DNA of 64,000 nucleotides from Lama guanicoe (taxonomy: Eukaryota), in NCBI GenBank assembly GCA_013239625.1, contig MU053652.1:5509902-5573901 (forward strand), read 5' to 3'. The translations under genes and the position numbers were made by a program. Below the pieces are notes generated by a model. That model was not told the DNA's origin. It did no database searches and worked only from the letters and a program-made list of their open reading frames with translations. Of this stretch, positions 36,912-49,890 are shown piece by piece (within the stretch, counting starts at the first letter, position 1; every line of letters starts with the position of its first letter).

Positions 36912-38694
36912 GTGGAGAATTTATGATACTCTAAGTCTAAACCATGTTGAGTGACTTGGAAGTAGGTTCTGTATTGAAAATGGCATAAATGATTATTTTT
37001 TTCCTTTATGCTGCAGGACTTTAACTTGTAATTTCTACTCTTGTTACCCCACTGATTTAAACGGGAGCTTGATGGGAGATGTTTTGTTGTCTTTGAAACC
37101 GCTGGGATGGAATCTTAAATCCTTGGATTTTTTTCCCGTCTGCCTGAGGAGCAAAGATACTAGAACTTCCATTTTTTAGTTCGGATTACTTTAATTCATT
37201 TATATTCATACAGCTAAAGTAACTAGTGAGTTTTGCATGTGTATAAATTAATATTTACGAGGTTAACACCTCGCTGAAAGTAAAATATATTAAGTGGAGA
37301 ATATTTTTCCCACAGCTTCTTTCTCTAACAAAAATAAAATAACCCAGAACTACTCTTTCACTGAACGCCCCATCTGTCTCCTCCATGCTGATCGGAGCCA
37401 ACACGGTCCTGAGAGCGGTGCGGGGCCAAGGGTTTGCATGTGAAGTGCGATGGGTTTAAGCACATGCTGGGAGAATCGGGATTTTAAGCTTCAAGCTTAT
37501 ATTTACCCTTAAGCGTTTCTCTGAATTCTCTGAATTATGAGGAACTGAAAATGAAAAACCTGTATTTTGGGGCTGTAATTACAGTTAAATTTCAGCCTTT
37601 ACTGATCTGTGTTAGGCATACATGTGATAAAAAGAAATTTAGATATTAAATCAGTGATCTAAGATACTGTAGTGGTCCAAGGTTGATGAATAAATATTTT
37701 AATGCCTTATTTAGAAAATTTCGTTGTGCTTAATAGCATTAATATTTCATTCTAGCAAACTGGTACACATTTAGGATTTTGAAGTGAAATAAATGTAAAA
37801 ACCTCTAAATAATGCTGATCACATCTACATGATGAGACTTACCCTTAACGAAGCTATTCCCAATTAGAAAATGGTTCTTATGAAGGAAAAGTACACAGTT
37901 TTGCATTACACTTTGTTTTTTATAGCTCAAATTCAGTGGAAGAATTCTGCTGTTTTCAAATTTCGTACCCACTAATGGACATTTCAAAAATGTTTTAGGA
38001 AGCTTCACAATTTATTATTAAAAAAAATTGTTTTCCCTTGTTCCCCTAATACTTGGCATAATGAAATCTTAGGGATGGAAGGGATTTTTGAGATATTCTA
38101 TTAAAGCCTTTTATCCAGAGCAGAATCTAGTCTACTAAGATCCTTGATACCTAGCAATTCCGTGCTGCATTTTGTTTCTCTTAGTTGTGTTAAAGATACA
38201 TCTCTACCCAACCCCCCTCTAGAGTACAGTGCTCTGGAGGGTAAAAAACAAGTCCATGTCTTGCTCATCTTTATGTCCCTGGGAGTACCTGGTGGGGTCC
38301 TTGGCACACAGTAGGTACCGAAACCAAGCATCCTGAATTGACACATTGAAGCACTGTCGGTGACGGGACGCTAACAATCCCACACACTGGCCCACTCCAT
38401 TTTGTAATGGCATTCTTTTATTTTTTTTTCTTTTTCCTTCATTCTGACCTGAAATCTTCTTCCCCCTTGGACAGTTTTAGGAGCGGCTTTAATTCCAGAA
38501 GGGATGGGGAAGCCCACCCAGCCATTTGGACAGGGAAGCCGTCCCAGTACTCAACACAGGAACAGGTCGCTGTCAATCACTTCTACACATTGGCCCTGCT
38601 CCTGTCTTTCCTTTTGGGACAGATCTTCAAAGGTCCTGATGTTCTGACTCTTGAGTTCTCCAGGCTAAAAATTTCTACTGTTTTACCTGCTCCT

Positions 38695-38945
38695 GATAGT
38701 AACAGCACAGGAGCTTAACATTTACCGAGCGCTTCCTGTATATCAGGCACTGTGTTAAACACACAGCATGCCTGAACTTCTTTGGTCCCCATTATAATCC
38801 CATCTGGTAAGTGTGGCTTTCAGATGAGGAAATGAGGCTTACCTAAGGCTTCTTGGATAACTTACTTGGAAAGTAAGTGGCCAAGCCATAGTCAAACCTC
38901 GGTCTGACAGATACAAAAGCTTGTGCTTTCAATCACTGCTTTGCA
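38695..38945 (-). mobile_element. MIR SINE
   Basis: taacatttaccgagcgcttcctgtatatcaggcactgtgttaa...cagatgaggaaatgaggct. Confidence 0.75.
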
Positions 38946-39906
38946 CAGTCTTTCAGACAGTATGATTTCAAGTCCTTCCTGTTATGGTTTCTTTCTCCTG
39001 AACACACTCCTGCTGTTAGTTTAACCCTGTTCTGAGTTCATTTTCCCTTGCCATTCTGAGAGATTGCCTTTGAGCCGAGAAGTTATCACAGAGGACTTCA
39101 GCTCAGCTGCCAACTCTCAGTGTGGAAGTGGCTGGAATGGCAGGCAGGCTGGCCAGCGCATCCTCAGTGGGCAGTGGCCTGGGTACAAGGATCGAATCTG
39201 ACTGCTCATGGCCCCAGGTGCCTGCCCTGCTCCTGGGAAATGTTAGGAAACGTGTGCTCCTCCAGCACCACGGATGGGAGCTTCCCATTGTGCCAGACGG
39301 TTTCCGACGAGGAGGATGGAAGGGACGAATTTGTATTTTTACAGATGGCCTGGCAGTTTAGGTATCAGGAGGTTTTCCATGAAAGGACTAACATATCCAG
39401 AATTATTCTTTGAAGTTAATGGCAGGATGTGGTGAAACAACTTGGACTTTAGGAAAACACTGAGACACAAAAACAAATACATGTGGCTTGTACCTACTCC
39501 TTTCCCAAGCTAAAATATGACCCATGACAGCATTTCCTCAACACATGGGAGCAAGTTCTAGAGCAAATGGAGAGATGACACAATGAGCACATTTGATTTA
39601 TTCATTTCCATCGAGTCTGTCTAGTCTAGAATGGTTGGAAGATATTAGGACCAAAGTTTGTACGATACAGAACAACAGATGATTTATTTTCACATATGTG
39701 GGAAGAGATCAGAGTTCTACTTCTGTTTCCTCTCCTTGATAGTTGGGTTTTTTAGCCACTTTGGGGGATAGACTTGGTCAGCAGCCCCATGTGTCCATCG
39801 GCTGTCCAGCCCCAGAGCCTCCCAAAGATGCTGTGTGTTCGCTGTCGTCCCACCACCCTCATTCTTCCTCTATTAACCTGCATTGTTATTTTACCCCAAG
39901 GCTTCT

Positions 39907-40037
39907 TTTTTTAGTATTCCTTTTCTGGGGGGGTATAATTAGGTTTATTTTTTTTTTCAAATGGAGGTACTGGAGATTGAATCCCAGACCTCCTCTGTGC
40001 TAAGCATGCACTCTACCATCAAGCTAAACCCTCCCCC
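39907..40037 (-). mobile_element. tRNA-derived SINE, camelid Vic-1-like, with TSD
   Basis: Reverse strand reads gggggagggtttagcttgatggtagagtgcatgcttagcacagaggaggtctgggattcaatctccagtacctccat...aaataaacctaattatacccccc. Flanked by accccaaggcttcttt / atcccaagtcttcttt. Confidence 0.85.
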
Positions 40038-42094
40038 GATCCCAAGTCTTCTTTAACCCAAGCTAGAATGGATTTTGCTATGCATACCTTTGCTTTGAAA
40101 ATACTTTTGATCTTTTTAGAGCTCCTCCAGGTTTTCCTATTAGATAAAAACAGCTTTTTGTACCTTTTGTTTTTTTGTACCTTTTTGTTTCCATGGTAAT
40201 GGATTCCAGGACTACTTTAGGAAACCACTAGCTTCATGTGCACTGGAAAGTTGGGGCATAACGTCTAACACAATACACACGAGCCCACCTGTGCGAGGAG
40301 AGCAGGCCCGGTAGGAACACTGTAGAACCACGGTCATAAGATGATGTGAACGTTTATATTTTTACTGCAATCAGTGGAATTTAGAAAGCGAGTCCTGCGT
40401 TGCAGGCAAATGGCTTGGGAGTATTAGCGTGAAATTTAGTGTTCACTAATCAGCGCAAGGCAGAAAGAGCCAAATTAACTTGAGGCATTAATTTCCAATT
40501 TAGCAGTATTTAAAAAGCCATGAAACCCTGTTTTCTGAGTTTTCAGCAACCTTCCCGCATTTTCACAAGTGCCAGGTCCGCTCTTGGGAAGTCGGAGTGG
40601 GACACAGGTACAAGAGAGCCTTCCTTGGGCTGTTGGCCTTTTGGTGAAAGGAACATGGTTTCCAGAACCTCAAGGGAATCCACCTGGTATTGTCTGCAAA
40701 CACACCTTTTTGGAAACTGGGTTATAGACCAGAGCTCAATGGAAAAATCTATTGGAGTTGGCTAAAGACAGGGCAAACATAAAGAGCAGAGATTTTCTGG
40801 GAAAGCTAGAACTACTACTTTTATAAAAAGCCTTAGGTTTCGGAGTCTGTGGAAGAGGAAGGACTAATTGGATTTTTGGGGGTCAGCCCTGACTCTGCCC
40901 CTACACCCCTGCTCTTTGTTACCTACTAAGGGAGACGAGCAAGAGGAAGGAGAAAAGGCAGAAGGAAGGCGGGAGGAAGGGACAGGAGAAAGGAAGACCG
41001 GAGGTGGGTGCTGAGTCGATTGTGCTTATTTCGAAGGAGGGAATGAATCAGAGCCCCCTTTTTTCCCCAGTGTGGATTTTAATATTTAAGATTACCAGTG
41101 CCATTACTGAAGATATTAAGATGCTTTTATGTTGAACTGATTACAGTTACATTTGGAATAATGAATATGACGTGAAATGTACAAATATGCTGGGGAGGAT
41201 ATTTATACATTTCTCTCTTTTTAAAGCTTAAAAATGATAAGCAACTGTAATGGAAAGTTTTCAGAAGCATTCTTATGAGAGGCACAGGGTTGGGGGTGGG
41301 GGCCAGAAACACAGGGCCGGCAGGTCCTTTGAAATGGTTTACTGTAAGATTGGCGGCTCCCTACCTGCCTTGAAGGAGTAAGGACTGAAGCAGTTAAAGG
41401 GAGACTGAACTACACTGGGACTCAGCGTTCATTTTCTTTTTAGTACTCGTGAGACCGAAGATGCTTGTTAAGTTGCCTGATAAAATAGGTCTTTATACCT
41501 GGTAGGGAGAGTTTCCCAAGGCTGGCTGTTGTTGAACTCAGCTGATTTCTTTAAGCATTTGGGGTGTGGCTCCAGATATCACACTAGCTTTTTTCCTTTG
41601 CCCAAGCTGCATCAGACCTTCATCAAAGCCACCTTAATTTATTTTTTCCGGCATATATGTTGCACACCAAGTGGGACTTGTGACTTTTGCAGTTGGGATG
41701 TAAGCATGCCATCCTCCCCCTGGAGGGAACCTCTGCTGTGCTGAAGGTTAGCTGAGACCCATGCCTTGACCAGGAGCCCCTTTGGGTGTGTTGGCAGGTC
41801 AGCCTGCTGGCTTTGACAAGAGTTTTCCATGATTGCAGGTACAAACATCACCAACCGACTGTAATTCCTAAGGCAAAGCTCTGGAATTGCCTGGAGGGTT
41901 CCTCCACTTGTCCCCACCTGAAAGTTTCCTCTGAGCAGCGAGAGACTCTCTTCCCCTGTGAAAAGGGTCTAGTTAACTCAGGAGTGCCCTTGGCACAGGA
42001 GGTGGGGATGCCTCCACCCACCCCTTCTCCCTCCCCTCCAGTCTCTCCTTTGCTCTTTTCCTGCTTCCTTGTGGGTTGCTGGACCATTACATAG

Positions 42095-43840
42095 AATTCC
42101 ATCTTTATTTATCTGTTGTGTTATAGAGTGCTCTCCTTATGTAGCTTTTTAGTGGTGGTTCTGTGTATTACATTTATATACAGATGATTTATCAGTCTAC
42201 TGGTGTTGACATTTTACTGGTTCCACTGAAGTGTAGAAACTCACCCCCCTCTCCCCTCTTTCTTTTATGATTGTTTTAATCATAAATTAAATTTAGAAAA
42301 CTAAAGAGAAGTCAAGTGTGTGGCATTTTACCCATTTTTTCTCTCTACCTTTTCTTTCCTCCTTCTCAGTGTCCCAAGACTCCTTTGATCTTTCTGTTTA
42401 GAGAGCTTACTTTAGCCATCCTTTCAGGCTAGGTCTGCTAGTAACAAGATTGCCTTAGTTTTCCTTCTGAGCCCGTCATCCCTGAAGGATCTTTCCTCTG
42501 GATAGAAAGTCCTGGGCTGATAGTTTTTTCTTTCAGCGCTTGAAAAATGTTGTGCCACTTCCTGCTGGCCTCCTTGATTTCTTGCGAGAAATACTCTACC
42601 ATTCAAAATGTTTTCCCCTTATAGTTAATGGACCATTCTCTCTGGCTACTTTCAAGATTTTGTCTTTGTCTCTTGTTTTCAGAATTGTGACTATGATGTG
42701 TCTTGTTATGAATTTCTTTGGTTTACCCCGTTTGGTGTTCACCAAGATGCTTGAATTGGTCTTTTGCTGAGTTTGCGAAGTTTTCAGCCATTATTTCTCT
42801 AAATACTTTCTTGGCCTTACCATCTTTTCTCTCTTTTTCTGGGAACCAGATGACCAGGTCTTTTATTAATAAAATCTTTTAGATCTTTTATTATAATCCC
42901 ATAGGTCTCTGAGGCTTTGCTCAATTTTTTTTCAATCTACTTTCTATTTTTTTAGATCTGATAATTTCTATTTTTCTGTCCTCAAATTTATGGATCCTTT
43001 CCTCTGTCCTCTCCATTTTGCTGTTGAGTCCATTCATTGAGGGTTTTAAAAAAAATTTCAGTTATGATATATTTTAGTTTCAAAATTTCCATTTGGTTCT
43101 TTTCTCTGTCTTCTCTTTCTTTGCTGAGAAGTCCTGCTTTGACAAATATTTCCAGTTTGTCATTTGTTTCAAGACTGTAATTGCTCATTGAAACTACACG
43201 ACTCTGGCTGTGAGAAGGAGGGGTACTTCGACACTGCTGTCCACGTGACCTCCACTGACGCTCCTGGGGACAGAAACTGCTGAGTGCTGGTAGTAAAGTC
43301 CTGCATCTCCACTAGGTTCCTCTGACAGTCCCTCTGCGGGGGATTGCGCCTGGTGGAGATGAAAGTCCAGTCTCCCTTCTCAGGAGTCTCTGAAGTCATC
43401 CTAGTAGGGGTGTTGGGACATCTCAGTACAGTCTAGCCTCCCCGTTAGGGCTTTGCTGGTGGGGTGGAGGTAGGACTGCAGTTTTTTCCTGCAGTGTTTG
43501 AGTGGAGTAGAGTGATTGTTATCTAAAAGTTTTCTATCTAAAAGGGGCTAAGCTGCCCCTTTCTTGGCTCTTGGGTTAGAGAGAGGAGTTTTAAATTTTT
43601 GCTCTATGCCTGTTGATTCTAGGCTGCTGGCTTCCCCAGTATCTAGTCTGGAATACACGAAGGAAGAAGAAAATCTAGAAATTCACCCCCAAGTCATTCC
43701 TTGGGTTGAGATCCCTTTAACCTTCTTGACTTCTACCTTTCGGAGTCTTGTTATGTTTGTTTTAAATATAATGTTCCCATTTTTTAGCTATACCTGTGGG
43801 AGGAATAGGGAACAGTATGCTTACGCCACCTTCCTGTCAA
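42095..43840 (-). mobile_element. Degenerate L1-type 5'/ORF1 relic
   Basis: Minus-strand peptides ERKNYQPRTFYPEERSFRDDG (cf. ORF1p EKNCQPRILYPAKLSF) and REKNQMEILKLKYIITEI (ORF1p coiled coil), disrupted by stops and frameshifts. Confidence 0.8.
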
Positions 43841-44019
43841 AGCCCCTTTGATCCTCATCTTTATTCACACAAGACAGCCTATATTGCTTCACTTTCTCAA
43901 GATCAGAGAACGTGGTGCAGTTTCAAGAACATCCAATTATTCTGTAAGAAGTTCAGCCTGGAATGGGACTCACTACAGGGCAGAACCAGCCTCAATAGTG
44001 GAGCAGTGGCTAGGACAGT

Positions 44020-44850
44020 TTGGTGAAATGGTCCAATCACATGGTTTGTGGTTATGATGCAGGAAAACAGATGTGGGGCGTGAGGAGGGCTGTGTCCCAG
44101 GTCTCGGTTGAGCCCCTGGGACGTGCCCTGCCAAGTGTGGGTCCTTGGCTTGGCGCAGGAAAGAATTCAAGAGCGAGCCACAGTTGAGTGAAGGTAGATT
44201 TATTCAGAGAGATACATTGAAAGGCAATAGAAAGGCCACGTGGTGTGGGGGTTAGGTGCTCAGATTAAAAGTAGGTAAACATTAAATAGACAGAATGCGG
44301 GCCTTCTACGAAGAGGGGGAGAAAGGGGTGGCCGCTAGGTGCCCTGTTGCTGGTTTTTATGGGCTTGGTGGCTTCATATGCTAATAAATGAAAAGACCAG
44401 TCTAAGTAGCCTGGGGAAGGGGCTGGGATTCCCAGGAAGTCGGCCATTTCCCACTCTGTGACCTTTTGTGGCTAGCCTTGGGACTGCCATGGTGCCTGTG
44501 GGCATGTTATGCACCATGCTAATATATTACAATGAGCGTATAATGAAGCTCAAGATGTGCTGGAAGTTAAATCTCTCAGCATCCTGAGCCTCAAGGCCTA
44601 CTTGGGGTTGAATCTTTCACCATTTTGATGTTAATTGTGTAGCATTCCTTGAATGGCTGTGCCCTGCCCCCTTCCTGTCTCAGTTAGGCGAACCTAGATT
44701 CAAATTCCTGTTTCAACCACCTAATTGTTAATAACACTGATGCGTTATTAACCTCCCTGAGCCTCATTTTCCTTACCTGCTATGAGGGTTAGAAGTGGCC
44801 TGTGTCTGGTGTCCGGCACATGCTAGGTGCTGTAAAAGAACAGCTATTAT
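44020..44850 (+). mobile_element. MIR SINE split by the LTR
   Basis: Joining the flanks gives cacatggtttgtggtta|ggcgaacctagattcaaattcctg...taacctccctgagcctcattttcctta, a continuous MIR. Confidence 0.7.
44055..44682 (-). mobile_element. Solo ERV1-type LTR (628 bp), inserted into a MIR
   Basis: TG...CA termini; perfect 4-bp TSD GTTA (44051-54, 44683-86); minus-strand ATAAAAA (44354-60) and AATAAA (44199-204). Confidence 0.88.
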
Positions 44851-47479
44851 TGTTACAAAGGAGGTTATAAATTCTTCAGGTATTTTGTCACTAATCTGAC
44901 TTTTGCCAGGAAAGAAACAAGTCCAAACTCAGTGAGGATGCTGCTTTTTTGTAAACAAATCAGAGTTAAATAATAAGCCCCAGAATGACGTCTTCCCACC
45001 CCAAATACTGCATCTGGATGTCAACATCAGAACATGGAGCGAGCACAGCGGTTCCTCTAAGGAGATGGGATAGAGTCATTTCAGAAGCAGTGGCCTGGAG
45101 CCCAGGGGCCTGGAAGAGAGAAGGCTTCCTTCCCTCAGGGGTAGGGACTAAAATTAGACCTGTACAGGCCTAGGGCTGGGACAGGAGGACTGTGTGGCTT
45201 GGTGACCAAAGTGACAGCAGGGAGGCCCACGTTGGGAACTTAGTCTAGAAAGCAGACTGTGGGAGGAACCAAAGGTCTTTTGCTCCTTGTCTAAGTTGTT
45301 GTCGTAAGAATCTGCTCTAGTTAGAAGTTTGGGTAAATGTGTTCAGCATCTGGACTCCAGTTCCTTGAATTCTGTAAACACTTTTCTTGATTTTATTTCC
45401 ATCCATCTCGTAAGAGCCCTTTTTGTAATATGGTTGCATTATCCATAATATTTTGCAATACTTCTTTGACTCACAATTGCAGCTTGTGCCCTGGTCAGGG
45501 GAAGAGGCAGATGTTTCTGTAGTTTCACGTTTCATGTGCAGGCCCTGGACAGCTCTAGGGAGCAGTGGGAGCAGGCTGGAGGACAGAGTGAAGCCTGGAG
45601 TTGTGTTGGTCCTGGGGCTTTCGGGATAGCTAAGCTCCCCCTTTTAACTCAGACTGTTTCCTTCTCTAGGGTGGAGGTTTCTGATAACATTTTGTTGTTA
45701 CTACGCGCATGGTTGATGTTTCGCTCAGCTGCTCTTGCTGAAACAGTGGCACGGACTCAGTGTTGGTCCTTGAAATGTGTTTGGTGTTTCAGGAAATTAG
45801 AGGTCCACATCCATCAAAATGAACTTCTGGGGAGGTCCCTTCTTTCATGCAGGTCTTTTGATTGCAAAGCTTTTACCACCCAAACTTCAGCTCATCCTGG
45901 ACACCCTCCCAGGCTGGAAACACCGTGGAGTTGGACCTCGGGTCGAATGGACTGGCCTCACAGCAGGTTATGGAATACAGCTTGAGCAGGTGTCTTCTCT
46001 GGGCATAGTTACGTATGTTGGCTTTCACCAAAAGCCAAGCATTTACTGTTTTGAGTTGGATTTTTCTGAGAAGATTTCAAGCTTGATTAATTTATTGATA
46101 AAAAGATCAAATTCTTAAGGGACCAGTATATTTTCCCCATTTGTTTAAAGGGTTCTGCGTCTAAGAGCATCAGTCCCTTTTAGAGGCAGGAAGGTCTCAG
46201 CGTGGTGCGGCAAAAGGCATCCTGCTAGGGAATGAGTTGTCTTTTTCGTGGGTCCTGCCACGTTCAGCTGTTGTTTAGCGGATGGCTTGTACACTTCAGA
46301 TGCCTTGTCTCCTCTGGGTGGAGCTTTCAGGATGGACGTGGAAGCTCACGGGCGCATCACTGGATTTGCATGAGGAGAGTGTGGTGATGCTGTTTTTTCT
46401 GCTGACTCTCTTCTCTTTGGGCTCTTGAAATATCTGCGGTCATAAATAGTGGCTGATTTAAAATTCTATGCATGACTGTAAAAATAGTTTCATTTAGAAA
46501 GAAAAATGAATAATTTTAAGTACCTCCTTCAGAGGTTTAGTAAAAACATGACTTATGGAATAGTTTTTGCCATGGAAGAAAAAAAAAGTCTTCACTGTGT
46601 CTCTATATTTCAGTCTGGCAGTAGCTGCCATTCTAAGGATGAAGGTTCCTTCCTTGGCTGAGATGTCACCTGGACAGTTATCACCATTGGCTACTAATGA
46701 TGATTGATGGTTAGTCAGGAACGTTCTTCCATGTCAAGAGGGCACTTGGAAGAGGTCATAAAGAGCAGTTCTCACCACCTGAAAGCATTTGTTATCGCTC
46801 ACGCTTTGATGCAGCAACACATTGCAGTTCTTGGCATAATGAGAGCCGGGTTTCAGGAGTTACAGCTGCAACCAACTCTTACGTGCCAAACTATAAAGAC
46901 AAACTATTTTAGGGATTAAAGGATGGAATCCCTTTGTGCTTTGTTGAAGCAGAACTGAAAGGTTTGTAATGACAGACAGGACCATTAGGAGGCATGAAAG
47001 GAAAAGCAGCGGCAAAGCTGGAAATGTTCTGTGTAGAAAGGAGTTGATGCCCTTTGAACATTTAAGTACAAATAATGTGCAGTCCTTTATCTCCAAAGAC
47101 CACACTCCTGAGCCACGCTTGGTAGAACACGTGCTATGGGTTGTTTGCCAGCAGAGCGGATGGATTTGCTTCAGATTTGTCTTCTGCTCGCCAGAGACCT
47201 CCTTAGGGACCAGGGACAGGCACCAAGGACCCTGAAGGTGGGAGAAAGAGGAGGTTGGGTGGTAATGGCTAATGCTTATGGAGTGCCTGCGATGTGCCCA
47301 GTTCCCTTGTAAACACGACATGAATCATCTCGATTATTCTTCACAGCCAACACCCTGTGAGGTAGGAACACTTCTTGGTCCCACCTTCCAGATGGGGAAA
47401 TGGAGGCTAAAGAACTTGCCCAAGGGCATACAGCCAGTAGTGTGAACCCCTTGAGGCTGATGCCAGGGCTGCCCCTCTT

Positions 47480-47649
47480 TTTTTTAAATTAATTTTTATT
47501 TTTTAATTTCTTTTATTGAGTTGTAGTCAGTTTACAATGTTTGTCAGTTTCTGGTGTACAGCACAATTTTTCAGTCATACGTCAATATACATGTATTCAT
47601 TTTCATATTATTTTTCACTGTGAGCTTCTACAAGATCTTGAATATATTT
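47480..47649 (-). mobile_element. 5'-truncated L1 (~170 bp) inside a minus-strand MIR (~47265-47675)
   Basis: T-rich tail plus L1 3' end. 16-bp TSD cagggctgcccctctt (47464-79) / cagggctactcctctt (47650-65). Confidence 0.85.
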
Positions 47650-47689
47650 CAGGGCTACTCCTCTTAAGCACTCTGTTTATCCTACCATG

Positions 47690-47890
47690 GTCTAGTTAGC
47701 AGCTGAGAACATGGGCTTTGCAGTCAGAGAAACATGGACCCAAATCCTGACTCCCCCAACTAACAGTGATGTGAACTTGAGTAAGTTACGTAGCGCTGTT
47801 GGGACAAGAAAAGAAGTCAGTCCGAGAAGCCTGCTGTAGGTCATGACACAGAATGTGTGCTTAGTAAGCGCTAGCCACCGTTACTGTTAG
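47690..47890 (+). mobile_element. MIR SINE
   Basis: gagaacatgggctttgcagtcagagaaacatggacccaaatcctgactc...gtgaacttgagtaagttac. Confidence 0.7.
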
Positions 47891-48079
47891 CATTTTGTTT
47901 ATTTTTTGTTTTTGCCATAGAACCAAGTGAAGCTAAGTGGTGGTGGCTCTCTATGTGAGGGTGTGTAAGAATGAGTTTACCTGGCATTCTTATTAACAGT
48001 GCAGACTTCTCATGAGAGATTCTAATTCACTTGGGTCTAGGAGAGTGGTGGATAACTGGACCCAGGAACCTGAATTTTT

Positions 48080-48416
48080 TTCATTGAAGTGTAGTCAGTT
48101 TACAATGTTGTGTTAATTTCTGGTGAACAGTATAGTGATTCAGTTATACACACATGTATTCCTTTTCATATTCTTTTCTAAATTCTATTTTTAATTTTAT
48201 ATTTTATTAAAGTGTAGTCGATTTACAATGTTAGTTTCAGGTGTACAGCCAAATGATTCAGTTATACATATACATACATAAAATTTTTTTCAGATTCTTT
48301 TCCATTACAGCTCTTTGTAAGAAATTGAATATAGTTCCCTGTGCTATAAGGTAGGACCTTGTTGTTTATTTATTTTATATATAGTAGTTGGTATCTGCAA
48401 ATCCCAAACTCCCAAT
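48080..48416 (-). mobile_element. Two stacked L1 3'-end fragments inside a MER5-like element (~47945-48482)
   Basis: The motif aagtgtagtc...tttacaatgtt...ggtg occurs twice (near 48087 and 48209). Outer TSD ctgaattttt at 48070-79 and 48417-26. Confidence 0.8.
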
Positions 48417-49299
48417 CTGAATTTTTAACAAGGACTTTAGGTTATATGGAGTGGTCTGCAGACCCCACACTGAGAAGCTCTGTGGTGTGGGCATCACAGA
48501 TCTACCCTGTGCCTATCCAGGCGGATTGGCCACAGACAGTTGCACAAGGCTTTAGAATTATCCAAAATCCAGAGCTGTGTTTCATAATTGATTTATGCAT
48601 TGAGCCACCATCAGGCAATAGAGTGACACATAGATATTATATAGACTCTCTCTTAGTCATTAAAGAATAAAAATAAACCAGGCCCAAACAATTAACCAGC
48701 AAATGAATTTATAAGTTTCCTAGTTTCAGTATCAGCAATTTTAGAGCATGTGCTGGAGCAAACACAGGAGGAAATAACGGACTTTTAGAGCCGGTTCTCC
48801 AGATGCTGAAATTGAATACTGGAGCGAGAAGCAGCTTGCTTCAGAATCACACAATTAATTGGCAGTAAAGTCTGCAGTAGGGCTCTGATGGTTGGATACC
48901 CTGGCCACCGCTGGGAAGGGGTAAAACCTGGAACCCTTTGGAAGTTTCCGCATTCTCTGAATTTAGGGTGGTGGCATAAAGGAAGCAGGAGCCTCTCACC
49001 TGCTTGCTGCTGCATTTGCTCTTTTTCCTGTCTAGGTACTTTCCCCACCACATGCAGCCAGTAACAGCCTACTCACTCATCAGGGTCTTTTGGTAAGCTG
49101 CCTTTTCTGGGACATTTTCGCTGTCTCCCACACTTGCTCCCAACAGAGTTCATTACTCCCCCTTTGGCCACTACTGAACCTTATGGCATTTATTGCACCT
49201 AATTGAGATATTTTGCTACTTGTCTTATTTTCTGGGAAGCAATTAGGTGGCACAAATGAAAGCCACTCTCTTATTTTTTATACTTGTAGATGTCGTTAA

Positions 49300-49890
49300 C
49301 CACTTACTCATTTATTTTCGTATGTGAATGGAACACCCACTACCTATCAATTACATTTAGAGACTACAGGGAAAGCAAAGTATGGACTTAAAGAGAAAAC
49401 CCATTAAAAAAAAAAAAAAGAAAACCTAGATAATGTAAGGTACTGATGATATGTAGTATGAAGAGAATAGTAAAAGGGGTGATGTGATAGATCAGTGATA
49501 TAGTGGTGGGGCTCCTTTTGATGGGGTGTCAGGGAAGGGCCTTTTCCAAGGGTCTCTCATTTGAGCTGAGACCCAGATGATGAGGCATGGGATCCATATG
49601 GATATCAGAGAGAAGAGTATTCTAGATGAAAGGAAAGGTATGTGCAAATGAGCTGAAATGAGAATGAGCTCGGCATCTTTGGAGAACAGAGGGAAGCCAG
49701 CATGAGGAGACTAGCGTGAGTAGGAAGAGCAGTGTCAGAGGAAGGCCAGGAGACCGGCAGGGCCACTTCCTGTATGGCCACTGAGGAGTTGGGATCCTAG
49801 TCTAGGGGTCCTGGGGAGCTGTTCAAGGTGCTGAAGCAGGAATGTGGCAGGGTAACATTCACATTTTAAACAGATCACCTTTATCTACTG
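49300..49890 (-). mobile_element. LINE-2 fragment
   Basis: tcagggaagggcc...catttgagctgagaccc...gagaagagtattctagatgaaagga...tgtgcaaa...cattttaaacagatcac. Confidence 0.75.

Noticed and set aside
42424..43188. L1 ORF1-like peptides as a functional gene
   Set aside because: Fragmented by stops and frameshifts; a transposon relic.
44727..44752. 9-bp inverted repeat gttaataac...gttattaac
   Set aside because: Short, AT-rich and inside a decayed MIR; likely chance.
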